DNA of 33,965 nucleotides from a virus (taxonomy: Duplodnaviria; Heunggongvirae; Uroviricota; Caudoviricetes). Below are positions 18,249 through 27,539 of the stretch, one piece after another. The translations under genes were made by a program, and so were the position numbers. Position 1 is the stretch's first letter; each line of letters begins with the position of its first letter. The stretch lies in IMG/VR virus record IMGVR_UViG_2563366827_000005; one strand, written 5' to 3'. The notes beneath the pieces were generated by a model. It ran no database searches. It had not been told where the DNA came from and was given only the letters and a program-made list of their open reading frames with translations.

Positions 18249-18757
18249 CAGATTTGACTCACGATGCAGCGCGGCTTGTCCTGGATACGCGCCACCGCCC
18301 AGCGCATATCCCGCCACAGCTCATCAATGGTGCTGTCAATGCTGTCGGCCTTCTTGTCGCCTTTCGCACTGGCATCCACGCCGCGGTAACGCTCATAAAG
18401 CGACGCGGTCGCCATCGCACACACGGCGCGCTCGTAGTAAAAAACCTTGATGCTTTCACCGTCGATGTCGTCCGCCGGGACGTCCGCCAGACGCGTAAAA
18501 CCGGCGGCAATTTTCTGTTCGCGGTACTCGTACAGCTCCGCATTCGTCTCTGCCATGCCTGACTTGATGGCCTCACGCAGACGGGCGGGGGCGACGGTCT
18601 GCTCAAGGCGCATACGTTCCCGGACGCGCTTCGGGTCGATATCGGGAAAAAAGAACGTGTTTTTAATCACCGGCTCGTCGCCTGCCGGTTGCGGGATGAC
18701 CACCGTACCCTCACCGGACACGGGAGCCTCCTTTCGCGGAATAATCAGCGTCATCAT
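18248..18757 (-). CDS. L: Head completion protein L
   Basis: 169 aa from ATG 18757 (MMTLIIPRK...); the ORF-track start at 18817 is a GTG; stop overlaps the X start (TGATG). Confidence 0.85.
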   Translation of the reverse strand: MMTLIIPRKEAPVSGEGTVVIPQPAGDEPVIKNTFFFPDIDPKRVRERMRLEQTVAPARLREAIKSGMAETNAELYEYREQKIAAGFTRLADVPADDIDGESIKVFYYERAVCAMATASLYERYRGVDASAKGDKKADSIDSTIDELWRDMRWAVARIQDKPRCIVSQI

Positions 18758-18856
18758 GACTACCTCTGAAAAGTCGGGCGGTGGACGCCGGTGCAGTGTC
18801 AGGTGATTCACCCTCACTGACCGGCGTGCCGCCCTGGCGCGGGGCGCATTCGGTTG

Positions 18857-19600
18857 TTAACTGGCTTTCTTTTTCGGGCGTCCACGTTTTGCCGGTGTCA
18901 CGCTCCGGGTCTTACGCGGGGCGCGGGTGGCCGCTTTGGGTTGCGGCTCCGGCTTCGGTTTCAGCTCCCGCTCCAGTCGTTCAATCTCTTTTTTGACGCC
19001 TGCCTGACAGTCGAGCTGTGTCGCACGTTGCAGGTGAGCCAGCGCACCGGCGGCATCACCACCGTCACGCAGAAACAGACCGGTGATTTTGTGCAGCTTT
19101 GCGCGCACTTCATCAGGCATGTCAGCAGCGGCAGTCAGTTCAAGGGTCTCCGTCAGCAGGCGGGTATCCACAGACTCACCGGCCGCGTGGGCGCGCATGG
19201 CCGCAAGCGCCACCTCCTCGGTGAACATGTACGGCGGGGTGCGGCGGTGTTTACCCGGCATGGTCAGACCGTATTTCAGGGCATAACGGGCAATCTCCAG
19301 CGCACCGGCAATATCGCCGGTATCCAGACGCCACAGCATGACCGTCATCAGAATGTCATCCTGTGCGCCTTTGCCCTGCTCCAGCACGCCGTTCACCCAC
19401 GGCAACCAGAACGGCAGCAGTTCGCGCTTTTTCGCGGCCTTCAGCTCTTTTGAATAAATCGCTTTCAGTGTGCGCTGGTCTGCGGCGAGCTTAACCAGCA
19501 TCTGCTCATAGACAGTTGCATGTCGCAGCGGGGCGGCTTCCCGCTGCGCGGTCATCGCTGCCGAGACCCGCATCATGTGGCGCTGTGCGGGACTCGTCAT
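18857..19600 (-). CDS. M: Terminase small subunit M
   Basis: 247 aa, P2 gpM length and synteny. Confidence 0.85.
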   Translation of the reverse strand: MTSPAQRHMMRVSAAMTAQREAAPLRHATVYEQMLVKLAADQRTLKAIYSKELKAAKKRELLPFWLPWVNGVLEQGKGAQDDILMTVMLWRLDTGDIAGALEIARYALKYGLTMPGKHRRTPPYMFTEEVALAAMRAHAAGESVDTRLLTETLELTAAADMPDEVRAKLHKITGLFLRDGGDAAGALAHLQRATQLDCQAGVKKEIERLERELKPKPEPQPKAATRAPRKTRSVTPAKRGRPKKKAS

Positions 19601-19603
19601 CGG

Positions 19604-20677
19604 TTACGCTCCCGGCTCTGCGGTCGCTTTAGCCGGTGTGGAGAAATCACCGACCTTAATTTTTTCCACCAGACAACCGGCGGCGTAGTCTTCCACCACG
19701 TAATCAATGTTCATTGACTCGTAGTTCTCCACGCGGTCGAGTTTCGGGTTTTCCACAATCACGCGGCGATGGCTGTCATCCATGTAGTAGATGGACAGGT
19801 TTTCCAGCTTCGTAATGAGCATCGCATCCGCCGGGAAGTACGGGACGCGTACCGCCGGCAGGTTACCGATGCGTTTCTGGCTGATGATGACGTCAGCGGC
19901 CAGCATTTCGCTGTTGTCCTGCTCCTTGTTGACGATGGGGAAATACTTGTCCGCCAGTAGCTGACGCCCCACAATCACCACAAGGTCAGGGTCTTCCTGA
20001 TACCACGGCTCAATCAGGTTGTTGGTCGCATCCATCACCAGTGCATCGAGGCTGGCATAATCACCGCCCTTACCCACGCGGATGACCTCAGAGGTGGTGT
20101 GACCTTCCTCGTCAGTAACCTTGCTCATCACGCGCGCCGGGGCTTCATTGCGGTATTTCTGCAGCCAGCCGACCGCCACATCCTGCAGCATCGGGTTACT
20201 GCTGCGGTCAGAGGTTTCGGCACGCTTCACGCCGTTAAAACCGGCCATGATGAAATCAAGGGACTGGCGTTTGATAATGGCGTTACGGACACGGAGCTGG
20301 AAATCCTGATAACGCGCCCACAGGTCCAGCGTTTTGTAGCGGATATAAAAATCGAAGTTAATCTGGTCGCATTCGTACTTGTTTGACGCCAGCTTCGAGA
20401 AGTCCTTCGGCTGACGCTCGGTGCCACCGGCGGTGTCGGTGGTGCTGGCGATGGAGCCGGTGACACCGATGCCAATTTTTTCCCCTTTCATTTCGCTGAC
20501 CGGCACAATGTTGATGCGGGTCAGAAAGTCAGAGGACTCCTGCATGGTGTTCATCAGGGTCTGGGTGACCGACGGTTCAACGGTGAATTTTTTCGACACA
20601 TCACCGGCGTCGATGCCGTTCAGTTCGGCAACACGGGACAGGTAGGCATTAAATTTAAAGCGGGTTTCCTGGCGCAT
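19604..20677 (-). CDS. N: Major capsid protein N
   Basis: 357 aa, P2 gpN length and synteny. Confidence 0.9.
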   Translation of the reverse strand: MRQETRFKFNAYLSRVAELNGIDAGDVSKKFTVEPSVTQTLMNTMQESSDFLTRINIVPVSEMKGEKIGIGVTGSIASTTDTAGGTERQPKDFSKLASNKYECDQINFDFYIRYKTLDLWARYQDFQLRVRNAIIKRQSLDFIMAGFNGVKRAETSDRSSNPMLQDVAVGWLQKYRNEAPARVMSKVTDEEGHTTSEVIRVGKGGDYASLDALVMDATNNLIEPWYQEDPDLVVIVGRQLLADKYFPIVNKEQDNSEMLAADVIISQKRIGNLPAVRVPYFPADAMLITKLENLSIYYMDDSHRRVIVENPKLDRVENYESMNIDYVVEDYAAGCLVEKIKVGDFSTPAKATAEPGA

Positions 20678-20735
20678 ATTTGTTCCTGAAATTAAGGGTT
20701 AATCGTGAAGGTTTTCCCGGACTGACTGACGCCGG

Positions 20736-21590
20736 TCAGCAGTTCGTCATCAGGGCGTCACCGCCACCACCGGTGGCCTTGCTGCGGCGCTGCTGGGTCA
20801 GACTTTCGGTGTGGTCGAGACTGTTTTTCAGGCGGGTGAATGCCTGGCTGGTTTCATCCGCCCTGTCAGTCACCTCCTGCTTAAGTGCAGAAAAGGCGGT
20901 TTCCACCTCAGCGAGGCGCTGCTCAGTGGCGCTCAGTTTTTCCTGCACATGTTCAGCAACAGCGGTCACCGCTTCATGCACGTCATTCAGACGGGCATCA
21001 TCGCTGGCCTGTTTGCGGCCAAAAATGGATTTCACCTTTTCGGTCAGGGCGGTGAACACGGTTTCAGGCAGGTCTTCAAATTCCAGCTCAACAGACGTTG
21101 CCACTGAAATCAGGTTTTCAGGGCTTAATTTGAAGCGGTTCAGAGGGTTGTGTTTTGCCGTGCGGCAGAATTCCAGGTATTCCGTGCCGAGGCTTGCCGG
21201 GTCATCGGTGACGGCCAGACCCACCAGATAACATTTGCCGGTGTTGGCAAAATTCGGCTGAATTTCCATTGAGGTGTAGACCTTCTGCGCGGCCTTGTTC
21301 ATCGCGATAAGGTCATCGGTCGGGGTGATTTTCGCAAACAGCGCCCATTTGCCTTTCAGCGCCGAATCATCGTCAATCTTTTCGGCCTTCAGTTCGACCA
21401 CATCGCCATAACGCTTAAAAATGCCGTCAGGCAGGATGCCGCGCAGATGTTCCAGGTTAATGCGGCAACCATAGACTCGCGGGTCAAAGGTTTCGGCCAT
21501 TTCCTGAATATCCTGTGCACTGATGACACGCCCGTCACAGGTGTCACCCTCAACGCCGATACGAAAGAATTTTGAGACTTTTTTTGCCAT
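20736..21590 (-). CDS. O: Capsid scaffolding protein O
   Basis: 284 aa from ATG 21590 (MAKKVSKFF...), matching P2 gpO length; an upstream in-frame ATG at 21656 is possible but has poor SD spacing. Confidence 0.8.
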   Translation of the reverse strand: MAKKVSKFFRIGVEGDTCDGRVISAQDIQEMAETFDPRVYGCRINLEHLRGILPDGIFKRYGDVVELKAEKIDDDSALKGKWALFAKITPTDDLIAMNKAAQKVYTSMEIQPNFANTGKCYLVGLAVTDDPASLGTEYLEFCRTAKHNPLNRFKLSPENLISVATSVELEFEDLPETVFTALTEKVKSIFGRKQASDDARLNDVHEAVTAVAEHVQEKLSATEQRLAEVETAFSALKQEVTDRADETSQAFTRLKNSLDHTESLTQQRRSKATGGGGDALMTNC

Positions 21591-21763
21591 TGTCAGGAGT
21601 CCTGAATAGTGATTAGAGGAGTCACATGTCGGCATCAGTTTCCCGACGATGCGCATCCTCCGCCATCAGTCCCGGATGGCTTATCACTGACACAACAGCA
21701 CCTTAGCGAATCGCGGGACGCGACTCAGTAGCCTTGCCGTGTATTCATCACGGCGAGGTATTC
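21591..21763. promoter_or_regulatory. Divergent late promoter region between O (leftward) and P-Q (rightward); Ogr-dependent by analogy with P2
   Basis: Position between divergently transcribed late operons; exact -10/-35 and activator sites not resolved by eye. Confidence 0.45.
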
Positions 21764-23536
21764 ATGACCATCACCACAGACACCACTCTTTTACACGACC
21801 CGCGTCGTCAGGCGGCGCTGCTGTACTGGCAGGGGTTTTCCGTGCCGCAGATTGCCGCCATGTTGCAGATGAAACGCCCGACGGTGCAGAGCTGGAAACA
21901 GCGCGACGGCTGGGACAGCGTTGCCCCCATCAGCCGTGTCGAAATGAGTCTGGAAGCGCGGCTGACCCAGCTCATCATCAAACCGCAGAAAACCGGCGGT
22001 GACTTCAAGGAAATTGACCTGCTGGGACGCCAGATTGAACGACTGGCACGGGTCAACCGCTACAGCCAGACCGGCAACGAGGCAGACCTTAATCCGAACG
22101 TCGCTAACCGCAACAAAGGCGGGCGGCGCAAACCGAAAAAGAATTTTTTCAGTGACGAGGCCATCGAAAAGCTGGAGCAGATTTTCTTTGAGCAGTCTTT
22201 CGACTATCAGTTGCACTGGTATCGTGCCGGGCTTGAGCACCGCATCCGCGATATCCTGAAATCCCGCCAGATTGGCGCAACGTTTTATTTTTCCCGCGAG
22301 GCGCTGCTGCGCGCCCTGAAAACCGGCCATAACCAGATTTTTCTGTCGGCCAGTAAAACGCAGGCGTATGTGTTCCGTGAATACATCATCGCCTTTGCCC
22401 GGCTGGTTGACGTTGACCTGACCGGTGACCCGATTGTCCTGGGCAATAACGGCGCAAAACTGATTTTTCTCGGCACCAACTCCAACACCGCACAGAGCCA
22501 TAACGGCGACCTGTACGTCGACGAGATTTTCTGGATCCCGAATTTTCAGGTACTGCGTAAGGTGGCATCAGGTATGGCCTCACAGAGTCACCTGCGCTCG
22601 ACCTATTTCTCCACCCCGTCCACGCTGGCGCACGACGCCTACCCGTTCTGGTCGGGTGAACTGTTCAACCGGGGACGCGCCAGCGCCGCCGAACGCGTGG
22701 AAATCGACGTCAGTCATAACGCCCTTGCCGGTGGGCTTCTCTGTGCGGACGGCCAGTGGCGGCAGATTGTCACCATTGAGGACGCCCTGAAAGGCGGCTG
22801 CACGCTGTTCGACATTGAGCAGCTCAAACGCGAAAACAGCGCCGACGATTTTAAAAACCTGTTCATGTGTGAATTTGTTGACGACAAGGCATCGGTGTTC
22901 CCGTTCGAGGAGCTGCAACGCTGCATGGTCGACACGCTGGAAGAATGGGAAGACTATGCGCCGTTTGCCGCGAATCCGTTCGGCTCCCGCCCGGTATGGA
23001 TTGGTTACGACCCGTCACACCGTGGCGACAGCGCCGGATGCGTGGTACTGGCACCGCCGGTGGTGGCCGGTGGCAAATTCAGGATCCTTGAGCGTCACCA
23101 GTGGAAAGGCATGGACTTTGCCACTCAGGCGGAATCCATCCGCAAACTCACCGAAAAATACAACGTCGAATACATCGGAATTGATGCCACCGGCCTCGGT
23201 GTCGGCGTGTTCCAGCTCGTTCGCTCGTTCTATCCCGCCGCGCGCGATATCCGCTACACGCCGGAAATGAAAACCGCAATGGTGCTCAAGGCAAAAGACG
23301 TTATCCGTCGTGGCTGTCTGGAATATGACGTCAGCGCCACCGACATCACCAGCTCGTTTATGGCTATCCGCAAGACCATGACCAGCAGCGGACGCAGCGC
23401 CACCTATGAGGCCAGCCGCAGCGAGGAAGCCAGCCACGCCGACCTCGCCTGGGCGACCATGCACGCCCTGTTAAATGAGCCACTCACCGCCGGTATCAGC
23501 ACCCCGCTGACATCCACCATTCTGGAGTTTTACTGA
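21764..23536 (+). CDS. P: Terminase large subunit (ATPase/endonuclease) P
   Basis: 590 aa from ATG 21764 (MTITTDTT...) with GAGGT SD; the ORF-track start at 21734 is a TTG; P2 gpP length. Confidence 0.9.
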   Translation: MTITTDTTLLHDPRRQAALLYWQGFSVPQIAAMLQMKRPTVQSWKQRDGWDSVAPISRVEMSLEARLTQLIIKPQKTGGDFKEIDLLGRQIERLARVNRYSQTGNEADLNPNVANRNKGGRRKPKKNFFSDEAIEKLEQIFFEQSFDYQLHWYRAGLEHRIRDILKSRQIGATFYFSREALLRALKTGHNQIFLSASKTQAYVFREYIIAFARLVDVDLTGDPIVLGNNGAKLIFLGTNSNTAQSHNGDLYVDEIFWIPNFQVLRKVASGMASQSHLRSTYFSTPSTLAHDAYPFWSGELFNRGRASAAERVEIDVSHNALAGGLLCADGQWRQIVTIEDALKGGCTLFDIEQLKRENSADDFKNLFMCEFVDDKASVFPFEELQRCMVDTLEEWEDYAPFAANPFGSRPVWIGYDPSHRGDSAGCVVLAPPVVAGGKFRILERHQWKGMDFATQAESIRKLTEKYNVEYIGIDATGLGVGVFQLVRSFYPAARDIRYTPEMKTAMVLKAKDVIRRGCLEYDVSATDITSSFMAIRKTMTSSGRSATYEASRSEEASHADLAWATMHALLNEPLTAGISTPLTSTILEFY

Positions 23537-24570
23537 TGAGCAAGAAAGAAGGGAAAACACCGCAGCCAGCGGCAAAAACAATCACCGCCAGCGCCCCGAA
23601 AATGGAAGCATTCACCTTTGGCGAGCCGGTGCCGGTACTCGACCGCCGTGACATTCTGGATTACGTCGAATGCATCAGTAACGGCAGATGGTATGAGCCG
23701 CCGGTCAGCTTTACCGGTCTGGCAAAAAGCCTGCGTGCTGCCGTGCATCACAGCTCACCGATTTACGTCAAACGCAATATTCTGGCCTCAACATTTATCC
23801 CGCATCCGTGGCTTTCGCAACAGGATTTCAGCCGCTTTGTGCTGGATTTTCTGGTGTTCGGTAATGCGTTTCTGGAAAAGCGTTACAGCACCACCGGTAA
23901 GGTCATCAGACTGGAAACCTCACCGGCAAAATATACCCGCCGTGGTGTGGAAGAGGATGTTTACTGGTGGGTGCCGTCCTTCAACGAGCCGACACCTTTC
24001 ACGCCCGGTTCCGTGTTTCACCTGCTGGAGCCGGATATTAATCAGGAGCTGTACGGCCTGCCGGAATACCTCAGCGCCCTTAACTCTGCCTGGCTGAATG
24101 AGTCGGCCACGCTGTTCCGCCGCAAGTATTACGAAAACGGCGCACATGCCGGATACATCATGTACATCACCGATGCCGTGCAGGATCGCAACGATATCGA
24201 AATGCTTCGCGAAAACATGGTGAAGTCGAAAGGCCGCAACAACTTTAAAAATCTGTTTCTCTATGCCCCACAAGGGAAAGCCGACGGCATTAAAATTATC
24301 CCGCTCAGTGAAGTGGCGACGAAGGACGATTTTTTTAATATCAAAAAAGCCAGTGCCGCAGACCTGCTGGACGCGCACCGCATCCCCTTTCAGTTGATGG
24401 GCGGCAAGCCGGAGAACGTCGGGTCGCTGGGTGATATTGAGAAAGTGGCAAAGGTCTTTGTCCGCAATGAGCTTATCCCGTTACAGGACAGGATCCGAGA
24501 GATAAACGGCTGGCTCGGTCAGGAGGTCATCCGCTTTAAAAACTACTCACTGGACACTGACAACGACTGA
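23536..24570 (+). CDS. Q: Portal protein Q
   Basis: 344 aa, P2 gpQ length; start overlaps the P stop (TGATG). Confidence 0.9.
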   Translation: MSKKEGKTPQPAAKTITASAPKMEAFTFGEPVPVLDRRDILDYVECISNGRWYEPPVSFTGLAKSLRAAVHHSSPIYVKRNILASTFIPHPWLSQQDFSRFVLDFLVFGNAFLEKRYSTTGKVIRLETSPAKYTRRGVEEDVYWWVPSFNEPTPFTPGSVFHLLEPDINQELYGLPEYLSALNSAWLNESATLFRRKYYENGAHAGYIMYITDAVQDRNDIEMLRENMVKSKGRNNFKNLFLYAPQGKADGIKIIPLSEVATKDDFFNIKKASAADLLDAHRIPFQLMGGKPENVGSLGDIEKVAKVFVRNELIPLQDRIREINGWLGQEVIRFKNYSLDTDND

Positions 24571-24574
24571 ACAT

Positions 24575-24596
24575 CGCCGCCTGCGGGCGGCTTTTT
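24575..24596 (+). terminator. Rho-independent terminator downstream of Q
   Basis: gccgcc-tgcg-ggcggc stem-loop followed immediately by tttttt. Confidence 0.8.
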
Positions 24597-24739
24597 TACA
24601 TCCCGTCATCACGCCCTCACACGCTCACCACCGCACAAAACACCCCTTAGACACACCAACGCCCCGACGCACAATCTAAACGCCATCACGACGCGCTCAG
24701 ACGCTGAAAAAATAAAATCAGCACCACCGCCAGCGCGCA

Positions 24740-24758
24740 GTGCTTTCCCCGCCTCGCC
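24740..24758. other. cos site (19-nt cohesive end)
   Basis: gtgctttccccgcctcgcc is the reverse complement of GGCGAGGCGGGGAAAGCAC, which I recall as the P2 cohesive-end sequence; located between Q and the right-end cargo as in P2. Confidence 0.7.
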
Positions 24759-25073
24759 CGCCCGCTTCATGGGGCGGTTTTAATGCAGTTGCATGATGAA
24801 ACTGAAATCACATCAGCACTGACCGAAACTGACAAAAAGAATAGTATCTGACACATGCAAAAACACGCACTTAATATACGCCTATCTATAGCTCCTACAG
24901 GATTGTCAAAAAACGACCAACTCGTCATAGCGTAAACACATTTGGCTCAACGAACACTTACGTTATATGCCTCTTGCACATATCAAAGTCTTAAGGTAGA
25001 TCTTTACCACTAAGTGGCTATATTAAGCTGCTTTTTTACATACAATAAAAGCTTTATCGTATGAGGCATAAAA

Positions 25074-27290
25074 ATGGAACTTAGATTAAAAAATGTTACC
25101 AGTTATAAGAAAGACGCCTTCACAATACTGAATCTTGAAAAAAGAGTAAACATACTATACGGCCAAAATGGTTGTGGCAAATCTACCATTTCAAATTATT
25201 TCTACGACTCTACACACACAGATTATAACGAGTGTGAATGTACCCTTCTTGACAATTACAAACCTCTTGTTTACAACACTAAATTTATTGAAGATAATTT
25301 CTACAATGCACAGGAACAAAAAGGTGTTTTTACATTAAGTAAAGAAAATGCAGATATTGAAAAACAATTAATTGAAAAAGAAGCAATTAAACAGCAACTT
25401 ACAGAGCAATATAGACAAAAAAAAGGAGTGTTATTGAAATTAGAAGCAGAAATGGAAAAAAAAGAAAATGAATACATCGAATCGATCTGGAAAAAAACAG
25501 AACCAATCAGAAACTCTGTACTAAAAACCTTAATGAAAGGTAAAGTTGGCTATAAAAGACCTTTTTTTGAGATGATAAAATCATCCTCACCAATCACCTT
25601 TATTAATTTAAATGATATAGCAAAAGAATACTCTATACTATTAGAAAATAGAAACAATGAAACCGCATTAATAACTCCTTTACATCCATATACCCCATCA
25701 ATTGATGATGTAAATACATTAGCAACACCTATAATAGATACAAGCAATAGCTATTTATCAGAAACCATTAATAAACTTCATAATCTTGACTGGGTAAAAA
25801 AAGGTAAAGAACATTATTTAGACGGTTCTACATGTCCGTTTTGTCAGGAAAAAACTATTAGTCACGAATTTTTAAATGCCCTTAAATCAATATTTGACGA
25901 AAGTTATTCAAAGAAAGTAAAACAGCTCTCAGATATAAAGTCAGTTTATGAGAAAAATACCATATATCATTTTAACGAAATACAAAACAATATATCATCA
26001 TGTGCACTAATCAATGAGAAAGATAAAGAGATCATTATTTCCAATATTAAAATATTGCAAAACATTGCAGAAAAAAATTTAATAAACATTATTGATAAGA
26101 TCAACAATCCATCAACATGCGTTACATTAGAAATTGATAAAGAACTAGAAAATCATGTTCAGGAAAGCATAGACGCTGTTAACAAAAAAATAAGAGACAT
26201 AAATGATAAGGTTAAAAAACTCAAAGAGTATGAGAATAAAATCGGAAAACAAGTTTGGGGGGCTCTCCATGCTTTTTGCAGCGATGATTTAGAGAATTTA
26301 TCCAAACACAAAGAAAAATTCTTTGATATCAAAAAGAAAGTTCATGATGAATTAAATAATATTGAGCAACAAGGAAAAGAAAATAATCTCACAATAAAAG
26401 CATTGCGAGATAAAATATCTAACATTGATTCTACGATAGACTCAATAAACACCCATTTAAAAAATCTAGGGATCTCTGGTTTTTGTATTGAAAAACATGC
26501 AGAAAGAAAAGATATGTACATTATATCTCGACCAGGGCATACAAAAAACCAAAATGTTTATAGATCTCTTAGCGAAGGTGAAAAAACACTAATAACGTTT
26601 CTTTATTTTTTAGAGTGCTGTAAAGGTAAAACCGATAAAAATGATACCGATAGCAGGGATATTTTTATTGTTATTGACGATCCAATATCTAGTCTATCGC
26701 AAAACTATGTCTACGACATCGCATCAATTATTCATCACCACATTATAAAAAATGAATCAACAAAGAAGGTATTAATCCTTACTCACAATCTTTATTTCTT
26801 TCATGAACTTATTAAGCTATCTCCTAAAAGCAGAGAAGACAAACTATTTAAGAAAAACTATTATCTAGGTAGAGTAACGAAAAATGATTTTAGTATAATT
26901 ACTGAAATACAAAAAAACAGCATACAGAATGAATATCAATCTTTGTGGCAAATATTAAAAGATGCAAAAGATGGCAAAGCAAACAAAATCATAATACCTA
27001 ATATTATGAGAAACATACTAGAATATTATTTTGCATTTGTTCATAGAACAGATGCTCTACAAGATGAATTAACAAAGTTGGCACGCGACGATAGCAACAG
27101 TGATTTCAAAGCATTCTACAGATACATTAACAGAGGTTCTCACTCTGATGCGGTAAATATTACTGATATGGGCGACATAGACCCAGATAAATACCTAAAA
27201 CAATTGAGAACAATATTTTCAGCTACTGGTGACGAAATGCATTATTTAAAAATGATGGACGAACTAGAAGAGGAGAACGTTACCGCTTAG
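25074..27290 (+). CDS. Cargo gene: ABC/Rad50-like ATPase with long coiled-coil insert (CxxC) and C-terminal PrrC/RloC-like putative anticodon-nuclease domain; candidate single-gene anti-phage protein
   Basis: 738 aa; Walker A GQNGCGKST (aa 30-38), about 460-aa Lys/Glu-rich insert with CPFC (aa 254-257), ABC signature LSEGEK (aa 499-504), Walker B IFIVIDD (530-536), D-loop SSLS, H-loop LILTHN, C-terminal RNILE (646-650) and RYINRGSH (683-690); no Toprim motifs; strongly AT-rich; occupies the tin/old position. Confidence 0.55.
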   Translation: MELRLKNVTSYKKDAFTILNLEKRVNILYGQNGCGKSTISNYFYDSTHTDYNECECTLLDNYKPLVYNTKFIEDNFYNAQEQKGVFTLSKENADIEKQLIEKEAIKQQLTEQYRQKKGVLLKLEAEMEKKENEYIESIWKKTEPIRNSVLKTLMKGKVGYKRPFFEMIKSSSPITFINLNDIAKEYSILLENRNNETALITPLHPYTPSIDDVNTLATPIIDTSNSYLSETINKLHNLDWVKKGKEHYLDGSTCPFCQEKTISHEFLNALKSIFDESYSKKVKQLSDIKSVYEKNTIYHFNEIQNNISSCALINEKDKEIIISNIKILQNIAEKNLINIIDKINNPSTCVTLEIDKELENHVQESIDAVNKKIRDINDKVKKLKEYENKIGKQVWGALHAFCSDDLENLSKHKEKFFDIKKKVHDELNNIEQQGKENNLTIKALRDKISNIDSTIDSINTHLKNLGISGFCIEKHAERKDMYIISRPGHTKNQNVYRSLSEGEKTLITFLYFLECCKGKTDKNDTDSRDIFIVIDDPISSLSQNYVYDIASIIHHHIIKNESTKKVLILTHNLYFFHELIKLSPKSREDKLFKKNYYLGRVTKNDFSIITEIQKNSIQNEYQSLWQILKDAKDGKANKIIIPNIMRNILEYYFAFVHRTDALQDELTKLARDDSNSDFKAFYRYINRGSHSDAVNITDMGDIDPDKYLKQLRTIFSATGDEMHYLKMMDELEEENVTA

Positions 27291-27318
27291 GCCGCATATT
27301 ATCGTTTTGGGTAAGAAC

Positions 27319-27338
27319 GACGGTGCTTACGCACCGTC
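27319..27338. terminator. Hairpin gacggtgc-ttac-gcaccgtc between the convergent cargo gene and A; candidate terminator
   Basis: Perfect 8-bp stem with 4-nt loop in the convergent intergenic region; flanking U-tracts are weak. Confidence 0.3.
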
Positions 27339-27539
27339 TCCCAACGCCCAAAGCGGTAGCGGTTGTACTGGCGTACATTCACTAGCTTTAACATGAGGCA
27401 ATCTCCATGCCAGCACTATTGTTGCCAATAGCAGCCTTTATACCCTTTGTACAAAGCTAATACCAAGAGTAATGCAAAGTAGATGTCCCAAGCGGTAACG
27501 GGGCTATTCTATGTCAAACACAGAAAAAATCAAAGCACC

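Noticed and set aside
21791-23464. Minus-strand ORFs of 236 aa and 149 aa and others inside terminase gene P
   Set aside because: Shadow ORFs antisense to a conserved 590-aa terminase gene; no independent start or SD context.
25074-27290. Possibility that the right-end cargo gene is P2 Old
   Set aside because: It has an ABC-type ATPase head like Old but lacks any recognisable Toprim motifs, and instead has a long coiled-coil insert with CxxC and an R-x3-E ... H C-terminus; called RloC/PrrC-like rather than Old.
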